64,000 nucleotides of DNA from Flavobacteriaceae bacterium. GTDB lineage: Bacteria > Bacteroidota > Bacteroidia > Flavobacteriales > Flavobacteriaceae. Both the position numbers and the translations under genes were made by a program. This document shows positions 8,792-18,273 of this stretch, in pieces. Location of the stretch: the NCBI GenBank assembly GCA_965655865.1, contig CBFHJJ010000001.1:20326-84325 (forward strand), read 5' to 3'. The notes below the pieces were generated by a model that searched no databases, was not told the DNA's origin, and saw nothing but the letters and a program-made list of their open reading frames with translations. Each line of letters starts with the position of its first letter. Position 1 is the stretch's first letter.

Positions 8792-10627
8792 ATGGCAAAC
8801 AAAAACTTAACAGTTTATCAAAGGTTAACAAAGGTGTTTGGATTTCAGAATGATGTCCCTAACCCCCCGCAATATCGTTTCGACAAGGATACTCTGTTAA
8901 AAACAGACAGTAAAGAGGACTACGAAAGAGAGTTACTCCAAGCAAAACAATCGACATACGTTGCCGACAAGTGGGCCAAGATGGACCAATCATTGTATAA
9001 CCAATCGGTTTATTACGAACCAAATAGATTAGCGGCATACTATGACTACGAATCAATGGAGTTCACACCTGAGATATCTGCATCTTTAGATATCTATTCT
9101 GAAGAATCAACTACTCTTTCGGAAAAGGGAGAAATTCTAACAATATATTCTGAATCAAAAAGAGTAAGTAACATCTTAGAGGACTTATTTAAAAACGTAC
9201 TCGACATTAACACAAATTTACAAATGTGGTGTAGAGGTGTTGCCAAATATGGTGACAACTTTGTTTATTTAAAGATTGACCCATCCAAAGGAATTGTTGG
9301 ATGTCAACAGTTACCTAACATCGAAATTGAGAGACATGAAGGTGCTGCATCTCATGTACATAAAGCAGAGAATCCAACAAATATGAAAACACGTGAATTA
9401 CGTTTTGCGTGGAAGAATAAGGATATGGAGTTTCAAGCTTGGGAAGTTGCACATTTCAGACTATTGGGTGATGATAGAAAATTACCTTACGGTACGTCTA
9501 TGTTAGATAAAGTAAGACGTATATGGAAACAATTATTACTTGCGGAAGATGCAATGTTAATATATAGAACATCAAGAGCACCCGAAAGAAGAGTATTTAA
9601 AGTCTTCGTTGGAAATATGGACGATAAAGACATCGAAGCATATGTACAACGTGTAGCTAATAAATTCAAACGAGATCAAGTGGTTGATCCTGCGAATGGA
9701 CAAGTTGATATGAGATACAACCAAATGGCGGTAGATCAAGATTACTTTATACCTGTAAGGGATCCTTCACAAACGAACCCGATAGAAACTCTACCAGGTG
9801 CACAGAACTTAGGTGAGATTGCGGATATTGAATATATCCAAAAGAAATTATTGGCGGCACTGAGAATACCTAAAGCGTTCTTAGGGTTTGAGGAAATTGT
9901 GGGTGATGGTAAAACATTAGCACTAATGGACATTCGTTTTGCAAGAACGATTAATAGAATACAGAAATCACTTGTTCAAGAATTAAATAAAATTGCATTA
10001 GTGCATTTATACCTTTTAGGTTTAGAAGATGAACTTACTAACTTCACGTTATCTTTAACTAACCCATCAGCACAGTCCGATCTATTAAAGATTGAACAGT
10101 GGAAAGAAAAGATTACTTTATACAAAGACGCCACTTCTGATCAATCTCAGATTGGTATCCAACCAGTATCACATACATGGGGTAAGAAAAATATTCTTGG
10201 TATGAGTGATAATGACGTTGTACTTGATTTACAACAACAAAGACTCGAAAGAGCTCTTGGTGCTGAGTTAGGTATAACACAAAACATTATTAAGAGAACT
10301 GGTGTATTTGATGAGGTAGATAAAAAGTATGGTATTCCTGAAAAAGATAGACAAATGATGGATGATTCAATGTCACCAGACGCAGGAGGTGGTGATATGG
10401 GTGGAGATCCACCTATGGGTGGTGCAGACGCACCTCCGATGGATGATGCACCATTAAGTGAAGAGAAGAAAAAACGTAAATCTACATTAACAGAAAGTAA
10501 GAAATCTAAAATATTAGGTATGTTAGGTGATGAAACAAAAGATTTTGATGATCTTTTTGATCTTGATAAAGCCCAACGCAATATTTATGAGGTAGAGAAT
10601 AAACTCAAAGACATATTAAAAGAATAA
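8792..10627 (+). CDS. Portal protein (T4 gp20-like)
   Basis: YYDYESMEFTPEISASLDIYSEEST region typical of gp20-type portals. Size and position between terminase and protease fit. Confidence 0.85.
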   Translation: MANKNLTVYQRLTKVFGFQNDVPNPPQYRFDKDTLLKTDSKEDYERELLQAKQSTYVADKWAKMDQSLYNQSVYYEPNRLAAYYDYESMEFTPEISASLDIYSEESTTLSEKGEILTIYSESKRVSNILEDLFKNVLDINTNLQMWCRGVAKYGDNFVYLKIDPSKGIVGCQQLPNIEIERHEGAASHVHKAENPTNMKTRELRFAWKNKDMEFQAWEVAHFRLLGDDRKLPYGTSMLDKVRRIWKQLLLAEDAMLIYRTSRAPERRVFKVFVGNMDDKDIEAYVQRVANKFKRDQVVDPANGQVDMRYNQMAVDQDYFIPVRDPSQTNPIETLPGAQNLGEIADIEYIQKKLLAALRIPKAFLGFEEIVGDGKTLALMDIRFARTINRIQKSLVQELNKIALVHLYLLGLEDELTNFTLSLTNPSAQSDLLKIEQWKEKITLYKDATSDQSQIGIQPVSHTWGKKNILGMSDNDVVLDLQQQRLERALGAELGITQNIIKRTGVFDEVDKKYGIPEKDRQMMDDSMSPDAGGGDMGGDPPMGGADAPPMDDAPLSEEKKKRKSTLTESKKSKILGMLGDETKDFDDLFDLDKAQRNIYEVENKLKDILKE

Positions 10628-10629
10628 TT

Positions 10630-11361
10630 ATGATAACATTTGGACATATAAAAAACAAAGTTCTAAACAAACTTTCTAACTCTTATGGTAAGAGTGAATT
10701 TAAAACTAATCTAAAAGAACACTTCAAACCAATAATGGAGAATGACATTCTAAAAGAAATGTATTCTCTTTATGAGGAATTAGAAACAAAAACATTTGAT
10801 GATAAAGAAACCGCACAGTTATATGTGGAAGAACTATCTAAAGTTTTAAAAGAGAGACACGTTGAGGTGAGTGAAGTACTTAACCAAATGAACGAATCAT
10901 TATCTGACACTATAGTTGAGTCTGATAAATTATATCAGTCCTTAGATAGACTTTCAACTGAAGACAAATTAGGTAACATATCTGAAAAGGTAATTGCAAA
11001 AAAATTCTTAGTAGAACATTTAACAACAAATAAAGTATCTGACAACTTAAAAGTAGATACCGGTGTTAACGAAAGTTTATTAAACTCTGTATTGACAAAT
11101 AACTTTAATGTTAGTTTTGATAAAACATTAAGTGAGGAAGATAAAACTAAATTAAAAGATATACTTTCTATTAGTAATGAAGATTTGAATACTAAATTTG
11201 GTGAGTTAAAAGAATCAATAAACAGTACGTTAAATTCTTTAGTAGAATCAGATAGTGAATTTTTATCAAAGTCTGATGAAGTAAAAAAGGAAATTAATGA
11301 AATGACACAGACAAAATATAACCTATATCGTTTAGAAGAGTTATTAGAAAATTTAAAATAA
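10630..11361 (+). CDS. Coiled-coil protein in the position of the T4 prohead core proteins (gp67/68 slot)
   Basis: Position between portal and protease. C-terminus YRLEELLENLK resembles the protease and scaffold C-termini. Confidence 0.45.
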   Translation: MITFGHIKNKVLNKLSNSYGKSEFKTNLKEHFKPIMENDILKEMYSLYEELETKTFDDKETAQLYVEELSKVLKERHVEVSEVLNQMNESLSDTIVESDKLYQSLDRLSTEDKLGNISEKVIAKKFLVEHLTTNKVSDNLKVDTGVNESLLNSVLTNNFNVSFDKTLSEEDKTKLKDILSISNEDLNTKFGELKESINSTLNSLVESDSEFLSKSDEVKKEINEMTQTKYNLYRLEELLENLK

Positions 11362-11436
11362 GATTCCCTTGACGGTTGCTACCTTAGAGGTGTAAACCTT
11401 CACTTTTGAAATATCATAATCAATAGTGGAGGTTTT

Positions 11437-11625
11437 TTATTGCTCTTTATCTTTGATTTTTTGAATATACACCGCCTTTTGTTTTTTTAGTCTTTTAGTG
11501 ACTGAAGGTTTTGTATGTTGTTTCCTATCTCTAAGTGAAATTAACTGTTTAGTATTCTTCACTTTACGACGTAATTTTTTGATCGCCTGATCAATGTTAT
11601 TATTTTTTACTTTTACTATTAGCAT
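11437..11625 (-). CDS. rpsU: Ribosomal protein bS21 homologue (phage-encoded)
   Basis: 62 aa: MLIVKVKNNNIDQAIKKLRRKVKNTKQLISLRDRKQHTKPSVTKRLKKQKAVYIQKIKDKEQ. Has the S21 pattern (IDxAlkrlkRK...r....f.KPS..kR....kA.Y), most like Bacteroidota S21. Confidence 0.85.
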   Translation of the reverse strand: MLIVKVKNNNIDQAIKKLRRKVKNTKQLISLRDRKQHTKPSVTKRLKKQKAVYIQKIKDKEQ

Positions 11626-11721
11626 AATTTGTTATATACATAAATATAATGAAAAAATTTGTTATTGTGATTTTTAATGTGTATATTTTAATAACACCAT
11701 AAATAAGAATAAACATGTTAA

Positions 11722-12147
11722 ATGAAATTAGGAAGATTTATTCCTTTAGGTACTCACAAGAATGTTAAGATTGGATACGGAACTATAAATCACAAAGATT
11801 TAAAGACTATATATTTGAAATTAAATTCATGGCTTGAACCTGATGAGGAATGTAAAGATTATGATGCGGTAGTTAGGTCATCAAGAAATGGAATAAAAAG
11901 ATTAATAAGTGGATTGAATAGTGATTCATTTAGACCACAGTCAATTGTCGATTTAGACATTAGGACTAAAGGTATAAAGAAAGAAAAAAGATCATTTATG
12001 AATTTAGAATGTACACTTTACGTTCTAAAAGATTTATCGATTAAAAGTGACGACCTTAAATTATACATGAAATCACTCATGATTGAGATAGTTGATGAGT
12101 GTCTGAACAATCAATTATTATATAATTTTCATAAAAATAAAAAATAA
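11722..12147 (+). CDS. Hypothetical protein (141 aa), gp67/68-slot candidate
   Basis: Position. C-terminus NQLLYNFHKNKK. Confidence 0.45.
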   Translation: MKLGRFIPLGTHKNVKIGYGTINHKDLKTIYLKLNSWLEPDEECKDYDAVVRSSRNGIKRLISGLNSDSFRPQSIVDLDIRTKGIKKEKRSFMNLECTLYVLKDLSIKSDDLKLYMKSLMIEIVDECLNNQLLYNFHKNKK

Positions 12148-12157
12148 CTTCGATACC

Positions 12158-12173
12158 GTTGTATTTATAGTAA
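12158..12173 (+). promoter_or_regulatory. 16-mer GTTGTATTTATAGTAA, putative phage promoter
   Basis: Identical to 3286-3301. Lies 15 nt upstream of the protease ATG. Confidence 0.45.
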
Positions 12174-12188
12174 TAAAACTATTCATAC

Positions 12189-12872
12189 ATGAAAGTATTA
12201 GGTCCAAAAGAAACAGGTACAGGAATCCTCATCGAATACGATGCTGGGTTTGTGTCTCCTGATGAAAATAAATCAGTAATAACAGAAATGAAGGGTGTTG
12301 ACTTCTCAGAAGACATCATTCTTTATGCTGTTTTACAGAAATACGACACACCAAATAAAAACGGTAGAATATATCCTGAGAAACTTCTCAAACGAGAAAT
12401 GGATAAATATAAGACCGTTATCGAGAAAGGGAGTGCATTAAATGAGTTAAATCACCCATCATCTTCACTTATAGATTTAGATAGAGTATCACACACGATC
12501 ACCGAAACTTGGTGGGACGGTAAAATACTTATGGGGAAAATTAAATTACTTCTATCACCTGGTTGGAAAAAATCAGGTATAGTAAGTACCAAAGGTGATC
12601 AAGCAGCAATGTTACTTATGAATGGAGTAACATTGGGAATATCTTCAAGAGGTGTTGGATCATTAAAGTCGGAAAGAGGACAAAATATTGTACAAGAGGA
12701 TTTTGAGTTAGTGTGTTTTGATTTAGTATCATCACCATCAACACCAGGTGCATATGTATTTAACGATCCGTCTGATAGAGAAAAATACGCAGAGAGTATA
12801 GAAGAAAAACCAATTATAGATGATAGAATGTCGAGGTTAATGGGTAAGATGGATAGTTTCTTAAAAAAATAA
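12189..12872 (+). CDS. Prohead protease (T4 gp21-like, U9 family)
   Basis: NKNGRIYPEKLLKREMDKY...ALNELNHP...SHTITETWWDGKILMGKIKLL...GISSRGVGSL matches the gp21 pattern. Confidence 0.9.
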   Translation: MKVLGPKETGTGILIEYDAGFVSPDENKSVITEMKGVDFSEDIILYAVLQKYDTPNKNGRIYPEKLLKREMDKYKTVIEKGSALNELNHPSSSLIDLDRVSHTITETWWDGKILMGKIKLLLSPGWKKSGIVSTKGDQAAMLLMNGVTLGISSRGVGSLKSERGQNIVQEDFELVCFDLVSSPSTPGAYVFNDPSDREKYAESIEEKPIIDDRMSRLMGKMDSFLKK

Positions 12873-12954
12873 TTCATCTTTTTATTGATTTCAATACCAT
12901 AAAAGTAAATTTTTCTTAAATAACAAGTATTTATTAATAAATAAAAAACAACAA

Positions 12955-14235
12955 ATGAGTAAAAAATCCATTTTAGAACAAGCATTGCTTCAAGTACAAG
13001 ACCTTGAAGAGGCAGTTAAAGCGAACGCAAAAGGTATACTTGCTTCAACCATGAAGGAAGAACTAAACGAGTTGCTAAAAGAATCAATGGAAGAAGAAGA
13101 AACTGCGGAAAACGCAGATCTTAAAAAAGAAGACGAAAACGGTATGCCTGAAGTCGCTGAACAATTGGACAGTGAAGATGAAGGAAACGATGATGAAACT
13201 TCGATAAACGACGAGCCAACGGACGACGAAGATCCTGATTTAGAGGATGAAGTTGAAGATGACGCATTAGATACAGAGGATGATTTAGATTCTGAAGTAG
13301 ATGATATGTTTGACGCAATTGATTCTGAAGATGATGAGGAAGACGTTCTTGATATGACCGACGCATCTGACGACGAAGTTCTTAAGGTATTCAAATCAAT
13401 GAAACCTGAAGACGGAATTGTAGTTAAGAGAGACGGTGATAATGTTGAGCTTGAGGATGGTGATGACGAATACATTATCAAATTAGACGATGAAGTTGCT
13501 GACGAAGTTGCTGAAGAAGAAGTTTCTGAAGAGGAAGATTGTACCGAAGGGTGTGATGATTCTGAAATCAAAGAAGGTGATTCTGAAGATGATGACGTAG
13601 TATATGAAATCGACTTAGATGAAAATGATGACGATATCGCCGAAGAAGAAGTTTCTGAAGAAGTTTCTGAAGAAAGCCTTGAGGAAGAAGAAGTTTCTGA
13701 AGAGGATGAATTAGAAGTTCCGGAGGAAGACACTCATGAATCAGAAGTTGACGAAGCGGCAAGAACAAAGTCTAACGTACACGGAGACAAAGGTGGATCT
13801 AACAGAGCGGGTATTAAGTCTAAGACAAAATACAAAGCTGGTGCGATTAACGAAGAAGTGGAAACTTTGAGAAAACAAAACGGTGAATATAAAAAGGCGT
13901 TAGTTCTATTCAAAGACAAACTTAATGAAGTCGCTGTGTTTAATGCTAATTTAGCATACGCAACGAGATTGTTCACTGAACATTCAACTACTCGTAATGA
14001 GAAATTAAATATTTTGAAGAGATTTGATACTGTTGAGTCTTTAACTGAATCTAAATCAACCTATAAAACAATCAAAGGTGAATTAGACTCGTCTAAGAAC
14101 GTAACAGAATCAGTAGTGGAAAAAATCACTTCAAATCCGACAACGTCTTCATCTCAAGATGTACTTTCAGAGTCAAAAGCATATGAAAGTCCACAATTCT
14201 CGAGAATGAAAGAATTAATGTCAAAAATAAAATAA
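12955..14235 (+). CDS. Prohead scaffold protein (gp22-like), extremely acidic
   Basis: Position between protease and capsid gene. Long D/E tract flanked by helical ends. Confidence 0.7.
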   Translation: MSKKSILEQALLQVQDLEEAVKANAKGILASTMKEELNELLKESMEEEETAENADLKKEDENGMPEVAEQLDSEDEGNDDETSINDEPTDDEDPDLEDEVEDDALDTEDDLDSEVDDMFDAIDSEDDEEDVLDMTDASDDEVLKVFKSMKPEDGIVVKRDGDNVELEDGDDEYIIKLDDEVADEVAEEEVSEEEDCTEGCDDSEIKEGDSEDDDVVYEIDLDENDDDIAEEEVSEEVSEESLEEEEVSEEDELEVPEEDTHESEVDEAARTKSNVHGDKGGSNRAGIKSKTKYKAGAINEEVETLRKQNGEYKKALVLFKDKLNEVAVFNANLAYATRLFTEHSTTRNEKLNILKRFDTVESLTESKSTYKTIKGELDSSKNVTESVVEKITSNPTTSSSQDVLSESKAYESPQFSRMKELMSKIK

Positions 14236-14264
14236 TAAATTAAACTAAAAAAACAAATTTTAAA

Positions 14265-15980
14265 ATGGGAGCATTATTAGAATCAGGTATGGTTGGTAAC
14301 ATTGGGTTAAAACACCTAAGAGTTATCAAGGAAGATACCATCAAAAAATGGGATGACTTAGGATTTTTAGAAAGTCTTGAAGGTCACCAAAAAGATAACA
14401 TCGCTCAGTTATATGAAAACCAAGCGTCTTATCTAATTAACGAAGCTGCTGTATCAGATGCATCAGGTTCATTCGAAACAGTTGTTTTTCCAATTATTCG
14501 TAGAGTATTCTCTAAGTTATTGGCTAACGATATCGTTTCTGTACAAGCTATGAACTTACCAATTGGTAAATTGTTCTACTTTGTACCTAACATCTCTGAC
14601 AGAGTTTCTGCAGCAGATGCTACTAATGGGTCTCACAGAGCACCATTCAGATCACCAGGTCAAACAGACAATGGAGACTTTTCAGGAAGAAATCTTTATG
14701 ATAGATTCTACGAAGAAGGTGACGGAGCTGAAGAGGGTCTATTTGACTACTCTAAAGGTAAAATCGTTGACGGAAACGCTACCTGTTTAGGTGGTGTATC
14801 ATTTGCTGACGGAGTTGCAACAACTGTTGATGAAGTAATTGCTGCAAACACAGCTACATCAAGTGTGATAATCGCAGTAGGTGGATTTTCAAATGTAGGT
14901 GCTGGTAAATTAGCGGGACCAACAGGTAACGTTATGGATACTGAAGAGTTTTTAGCATCTTTAGAAGTTAAAATAGGTGATAAATCAAGAGGAATCAACG
15001 TTGTTACTCAGAAATACGGTAGTGGTATTGTTGATTACGGTAAGAAAATAGCAGGAGCAACTGGTAATTTTCATAACATTTGTGATGAGAATGGTATCAT
15101 TTTCATTCAAGTTGATTTAGAAACTTATGGAACATCAGGTTTTGAAGCATACAATGATGTTGCTGTCGATAAAACTGGTGTTGTTGTATCATTCAGAACT
15201 TACGAATCTTTAGAATTCGAAGACGAAATCGGAGAAGTATCTTTCGATTTAGAGTCAGTTACTGTTTCTGTAACGGAAAGAAAGTTAAGAGCTAGCTGGT
15301 CTCCAGAATTGGCACAAGACGTTTCTGCTTTCCATAACATCGACGCTGAAGCTGAGTTAACTGCATTGTTATCTGAGCAAATCGCGGCTGAGGTTGATAG
15401 AGAGATCTTAAGAGACTTAAGAAAAGGAGCAGCTTGGAACCTTAAATGGGACTACAATGAGTGGAAATACGGTGGAGACAATAACAAAACTCTACAAGGA
15501 TACACTCAAAAGGATTGGAACCAAACGTTAATTACTAAAATTAACCAATTATCGGCTCAAATCCATAAAACAACACTTAGAGGTGGTGCTAACTGGATCG
15601 TAGTTTCTTCAGAAGTTTCTGCAGTATTCGATGATTTAGAGTACTTCCACGTATCTAACGCAGGTGCTGAACAAGACCAATACAATATGGGTATTGAGAA
15701 AGTTGGTACTTTAGCTGGACGTTACCAAGTGTTTAGAGATCCTTATTTCCCAGCTGGGAAAATCTTAGTAGGACATAAAGGAAAATCGTTATTAGATGCT
15801 GGTTATATCTACGCACCTTACGTACCTTTACAATTAACACCTACAATGTATAACCCGTTCAACTTTACTCCGATAAAGGGTATCATGACGAGATATGCTA
15901 AGAAGATGGTTAATAACCGTTACTTTGGTGTAATCAACGTAGCAGGTTTACAAACTTTCAGTTTGGATACTTTAAGATAA
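14265..15980 (+). CDS. Major capsid protein (T4 gp23-like)
   Basis: FPIIRRVFSKLLANDIVSVQAMNLPIGKLFY matches the gp23 signature (P..RRVF..L.a..lVsVQpm..P.G). Size and position fit. Confidence 0.88.
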   Translation: MGALLESGMVGNIGLKHLRVIKEDTIKKWDDLGFLESLEGHQKDNIAQLYENQASYLINEAAVSDASGSFETVVFPIIRRVFSKLLANDIVSVQAMNLPIGKLFYFVPNISDRVSAADATNGSHRAPFRSPGQTDNGDFSGRNLYDRFYEEGDGAEEGLFDYSKGKIVDGNATCLGGVSFADGVATTVDEVIAANTATSSVIIAVGGFSNVGAGKLAGPTGNVMDTEEFLASLEVKIGDKSRGINVVTQKYGSGIVDYGKKIAGATGNFHNICDENGIIFIQVDLETYGTSGFEAYNDVAVDKTGVVVSFRTYESLEFEDEIGEVSFDLESVTVSVTERKLRASWSPELAQDVSAFHNIDAEAELTALLSEQIAAEVDREILRDLRKGAAWNLKWDYNEWKYGGDNNKTLQGYTQKDWNQTLITKINQLSAQIHKTTLRGGANWIVVSSEVSAVFDDLEYFHVSNAGAEQDQYNMGIEKVGTLAGRYQVFRDPYFPAGKILVGHKGKSLLDAGYIYAPYVPLQLTPTMYNPFNFTPIKGIMTRYAKKMVNNRYFGVINVAGLQTFSLDTLR

Positions 15981-16006
15981 TCTTTACGGATTTATTAATA
16001 CTAAAA

Positions 16007-16034
16007 GGGGGAGACATTGTCTTCCCTTTTTTTT
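16007..16034 (+). terminator. Rho-independent terminator after the capsid gene
   Basis: gggagac-att-gtct(t)ccc hairpin with one bulge, followed by T8. Confidence 0.65.
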
Positions 16035-16061
16035 ATGCATTATTTTCTGTATATTCTAACT

Positions 16062-16502
16062 ATGAATTGGACAGATTATTTTATCAATATTGCAGAACAA
16101 GTAAAGGAGAAGTCTAAGGACATTAATACCAAAATTGGTACTGTCATAGTCGGAAAGGATAAAGAGATCCTCAGTACGGGTTATAATTCGTTTCCTCGTG
16201 GTTTAAATGATGAATTAGATGAGAGACAAGAACGACCTGAGAAATATTATTGGTTTGAACACTCCGAAAGGAATGCAATCTACAACGCGGCACGTATTGG
16301 TGTGTCTTTAAAAGAATCTACCGCGTATTTGACATCAGGTTTACCGTGTATGGATTGTGCAAGAGGTTTGGTACAATCGGGAGTTGTAAAAATAGTCTGT
16401 AAAGAAGTGTGTACAACTAAAAATCAGGGTAAGTGGGAAGAACAACAAAAACGTTCTTTACTTATGCTTTCTGAGTGTGGGGTAGAAGTCGAGTTTTATT
16501 AA
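16062..16502 (+). CDS. dCMP deaminase
   Basis: Zinc motifs HSERNAI and PCMDCA. Start moved to ATG 16062 (MNWTDYF...) because the tracked TTG start lies inside the terminator. Confidence 0.85.
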   Translation: MNWTDYFINIAEQVKEKSKDINTKIGTVIVGKDKEILSTGYNSFPRGLNDELDERQERPEKYYWFEHSERNAIYNAARIGVSLKESTAYLTSGLPCMDCARGLVQSGVVKIVCKEVCTTKNQGKWEEQQKRSLLMLSECGVEVEFY

Positions 16503-16770
16503 GTTTCTTAACTTTGACTTTTAAATCATTAGTACCTTTAATAATACGGTGATATTCACCTTCAGGTATAAAAACCTTTAATCCTTCGTGTATATTGATG
16601 GGTAATTCATCATCCATTTGAAATTTCCAATCACTATCGTGTAGAAACGTTATTTCCCTATCCTCATTATCAAAGTGCCATTTTAATTCAGTCTTTTTAG
16701 TTGTTTGTGGGAATACCCTAACACTGTGGTTTGAGCTCACGATTTCACGGAATGGGAATTTGTCTTTCAT
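16462..16770 (-). CDS. Hypothetical small beta-rich protein
   Basis: ATG-initiated ORF. 3' end overlaps the convergent deaminase gene by 41 nt. Confidence 0.5.
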   Translation of the reverse strand: MKDKFPFREIVSSNHSVRVFPQTTKKTELKWHFDNEDREITFLHDSDWKFQMDDELPINIHEGLKVFIPEGEYHRIIKGTNDLKVKVKKLNKTRLLPHTQKA

Positions 16771-17276
16771 TAAGATGATTTATTTGTAAAAATTTTTATT
16801 ATTGATCTATAAAAATCAACATCGTCAATTTGTAATTGACCGTATACTTTTGGTGTTAATTTGAGTATTTTCTCACCCTCAGTATATTCTTCGAATGTAT
16901 TTGCTATTCTATTTTCCATGTAACACATAGTTGAATACATGGTATAACTTTCAGTTTCTATACGGGAATTATCTTGTGATTCTTTATATGAATAATGACC
17001 ATCTTCATCTTGATCACTTATTTCTTCAAAATCGTCCACATAGTAATCTTCATCAATGTCGTCTTCATGAAGAACGTATTTTTCTTTAGTTTCTTTGTGT
17101 TCTACAATTGCACAACCGTAACCAGGTTTTTGACCTTTTCTAACCCTATAAGGATCATACCCAACAAGACTAAATAAGTCAGTGACATCATCTAATTCCG
17201 AATTAACGAAACCATCATGTGTGTCAGGGTATTCTGGTGGGTCGTAATAACCCTCTACTAAATCATATAACTTCAT
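16770..17276 (-). CDS. Hypothetical acidic protein
   Basis: ORF translationally coupled on both sides. Confidence 0.5.
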   Translation of the reverse strand: MKLYDLVEGYYDPPEYPDTHDGFVNSELDDVTDLFSLVGYDPYRVRKGQKPGYGCAIVEHKETKEKYVLHEDDIDEDYYVDDFEEISDQDEDGHYSYKESQDNSRIETESYTMYSTMCYMENRIANTFEEYTEGEKILKLTPKVYGQLQIDDVDFYRSIIKIFTNKSS

Positions 17277-18263
17277 TTACCACGGATTTGAAGATTTTAT
17301 TCCTAATGCTTTACGATATCTTGTAATATTACAACTCCAATAACCCGCTTTTGTACGATCTTTCTTTTCACTACACTTATGTCGAGCTCTAAAAGATTTA
17401 GCCGCCGCTTTATTATTGTTTCTAATCCTCATATTAGGGTCTCCAAATGTTACTTTCTTAATTGTACCTTTTGGTGTCTTCACGTATACCGCGAATTTTT
17501 TAGGACCACTTGGTGTTCTGAAAGGTTTATTTAATTTGACGTTTTTTCCTCTGTGTTTTGCTTCCACAAGATATTCTTCTACGTGTTGTAAAAATGGTAT
17601 GTCTAAATAAACTTCTTCTCCCTCAAAAATTCCTGTTTCACCTATATTAGTTTCAATAAGATCTAAATCCACACCGGTGAGTTCTAAGACACCTTCAGTA
17701 TGTAAACGACGTGATTCATTATAAATGTTAAAGAATTCGTTAGAATAAACCCTATAGATGTTTTCCACTATAGGAATGTTATTGTTAATGTGATACACTA
17801 AACCTTCACTTAATAATTGTTCATTTTCATTAACCATTATTTGTTTTGGTTCTTTAACGTTAAGTGATTTTACATCTAAATTTTTTAATACTAAAGAAAT
17901 AAATTTGTTTTCATCAAAACGTGCGTAGTTAGGTTTTTTACCTTTACCACCTTTCTTGTTCTTTTTTTCAACTCTTCGTTTTTGTCGTGTCATTGATTTT
18001 TTTTCTTTTTTACTATATGATGAAGTTGTTTTGGGTGTTTTTTTAGAAACTTTCTTTGATGGTCTACACTTAGGATATCCCTTTCTTTTTGAATCTCCGT
18101 CTGCATCACCTCTACCACATGGTGGATGTTTTCCATCAACTTTGCGTGAAACGTCTACCCATTTTTCTTTAAACCAACGACCCAAGTCTTCTTGAAGGAC
18201 CTCACCACTTGATAGGCAGTCTTCCATATATTTCTTATCTTCTTCGTTGATGTGTATTTTCAT
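17277..18263 (-). CDS. Hypothetical Lys/Cys-rich protein with two conserved-looking modules
   Basis: N-terminal WFKEKWVDVSRKVDGKHPPCGRG...YPKCRPS and C-terminal FRTPSGPKKFAVYVKTPKGTIKKVTFGDPNM...FRARHKC...AGYWSC. I recall these modules from unknown-function families in marine phages and giant viruses, but not precisely. Confidence 0.5.
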   Translation of the reverse strand: MKIHINEEDKKYMEDCLSSGEVLQEDLGRWFKEKWVDVSRKVDGKHPPCGRGDADGDSKRKGYPKCRPSKKVSKKTPKTTSSYSKKEKKSMTRQKRRVEKKNKKGGKGKKPNYARFDENKFISLVLKNLDVKSLNVKEPKQIMVNENEQLLSEGLVYHINNNIPIVENIYRVYSNEFFNIYNESRRLHTEGVLELTGVDLDLIETNIGETGIFEGEEVYLDIPFLQHVEEYLVEAKHRGKNVKLNKPFRTPSGPKKFAVYVKTPKGTIKKVTFGDPNMRIRNNNKAAAKSFRARHKCSEKKDRTKAGYWSCNITRYRKALGIKSSNPW

Positions 18264-18273
18264 TTCTACCTAA

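Noticed and set aside
12990-13733. Long antisense ORFs rich in Ser: 12990-13733, 13121-13366, 13568-13768, 3918-4268 and 10147-10581.
   Set aside because: They mirror GAA/GAT-rich acidic coding tracts of the scaffold, portal tail and acidic proteins. The composition is an artefact of reading poly-Asp/Glu codons backwards. The sense-strand genes have clear homology and context.
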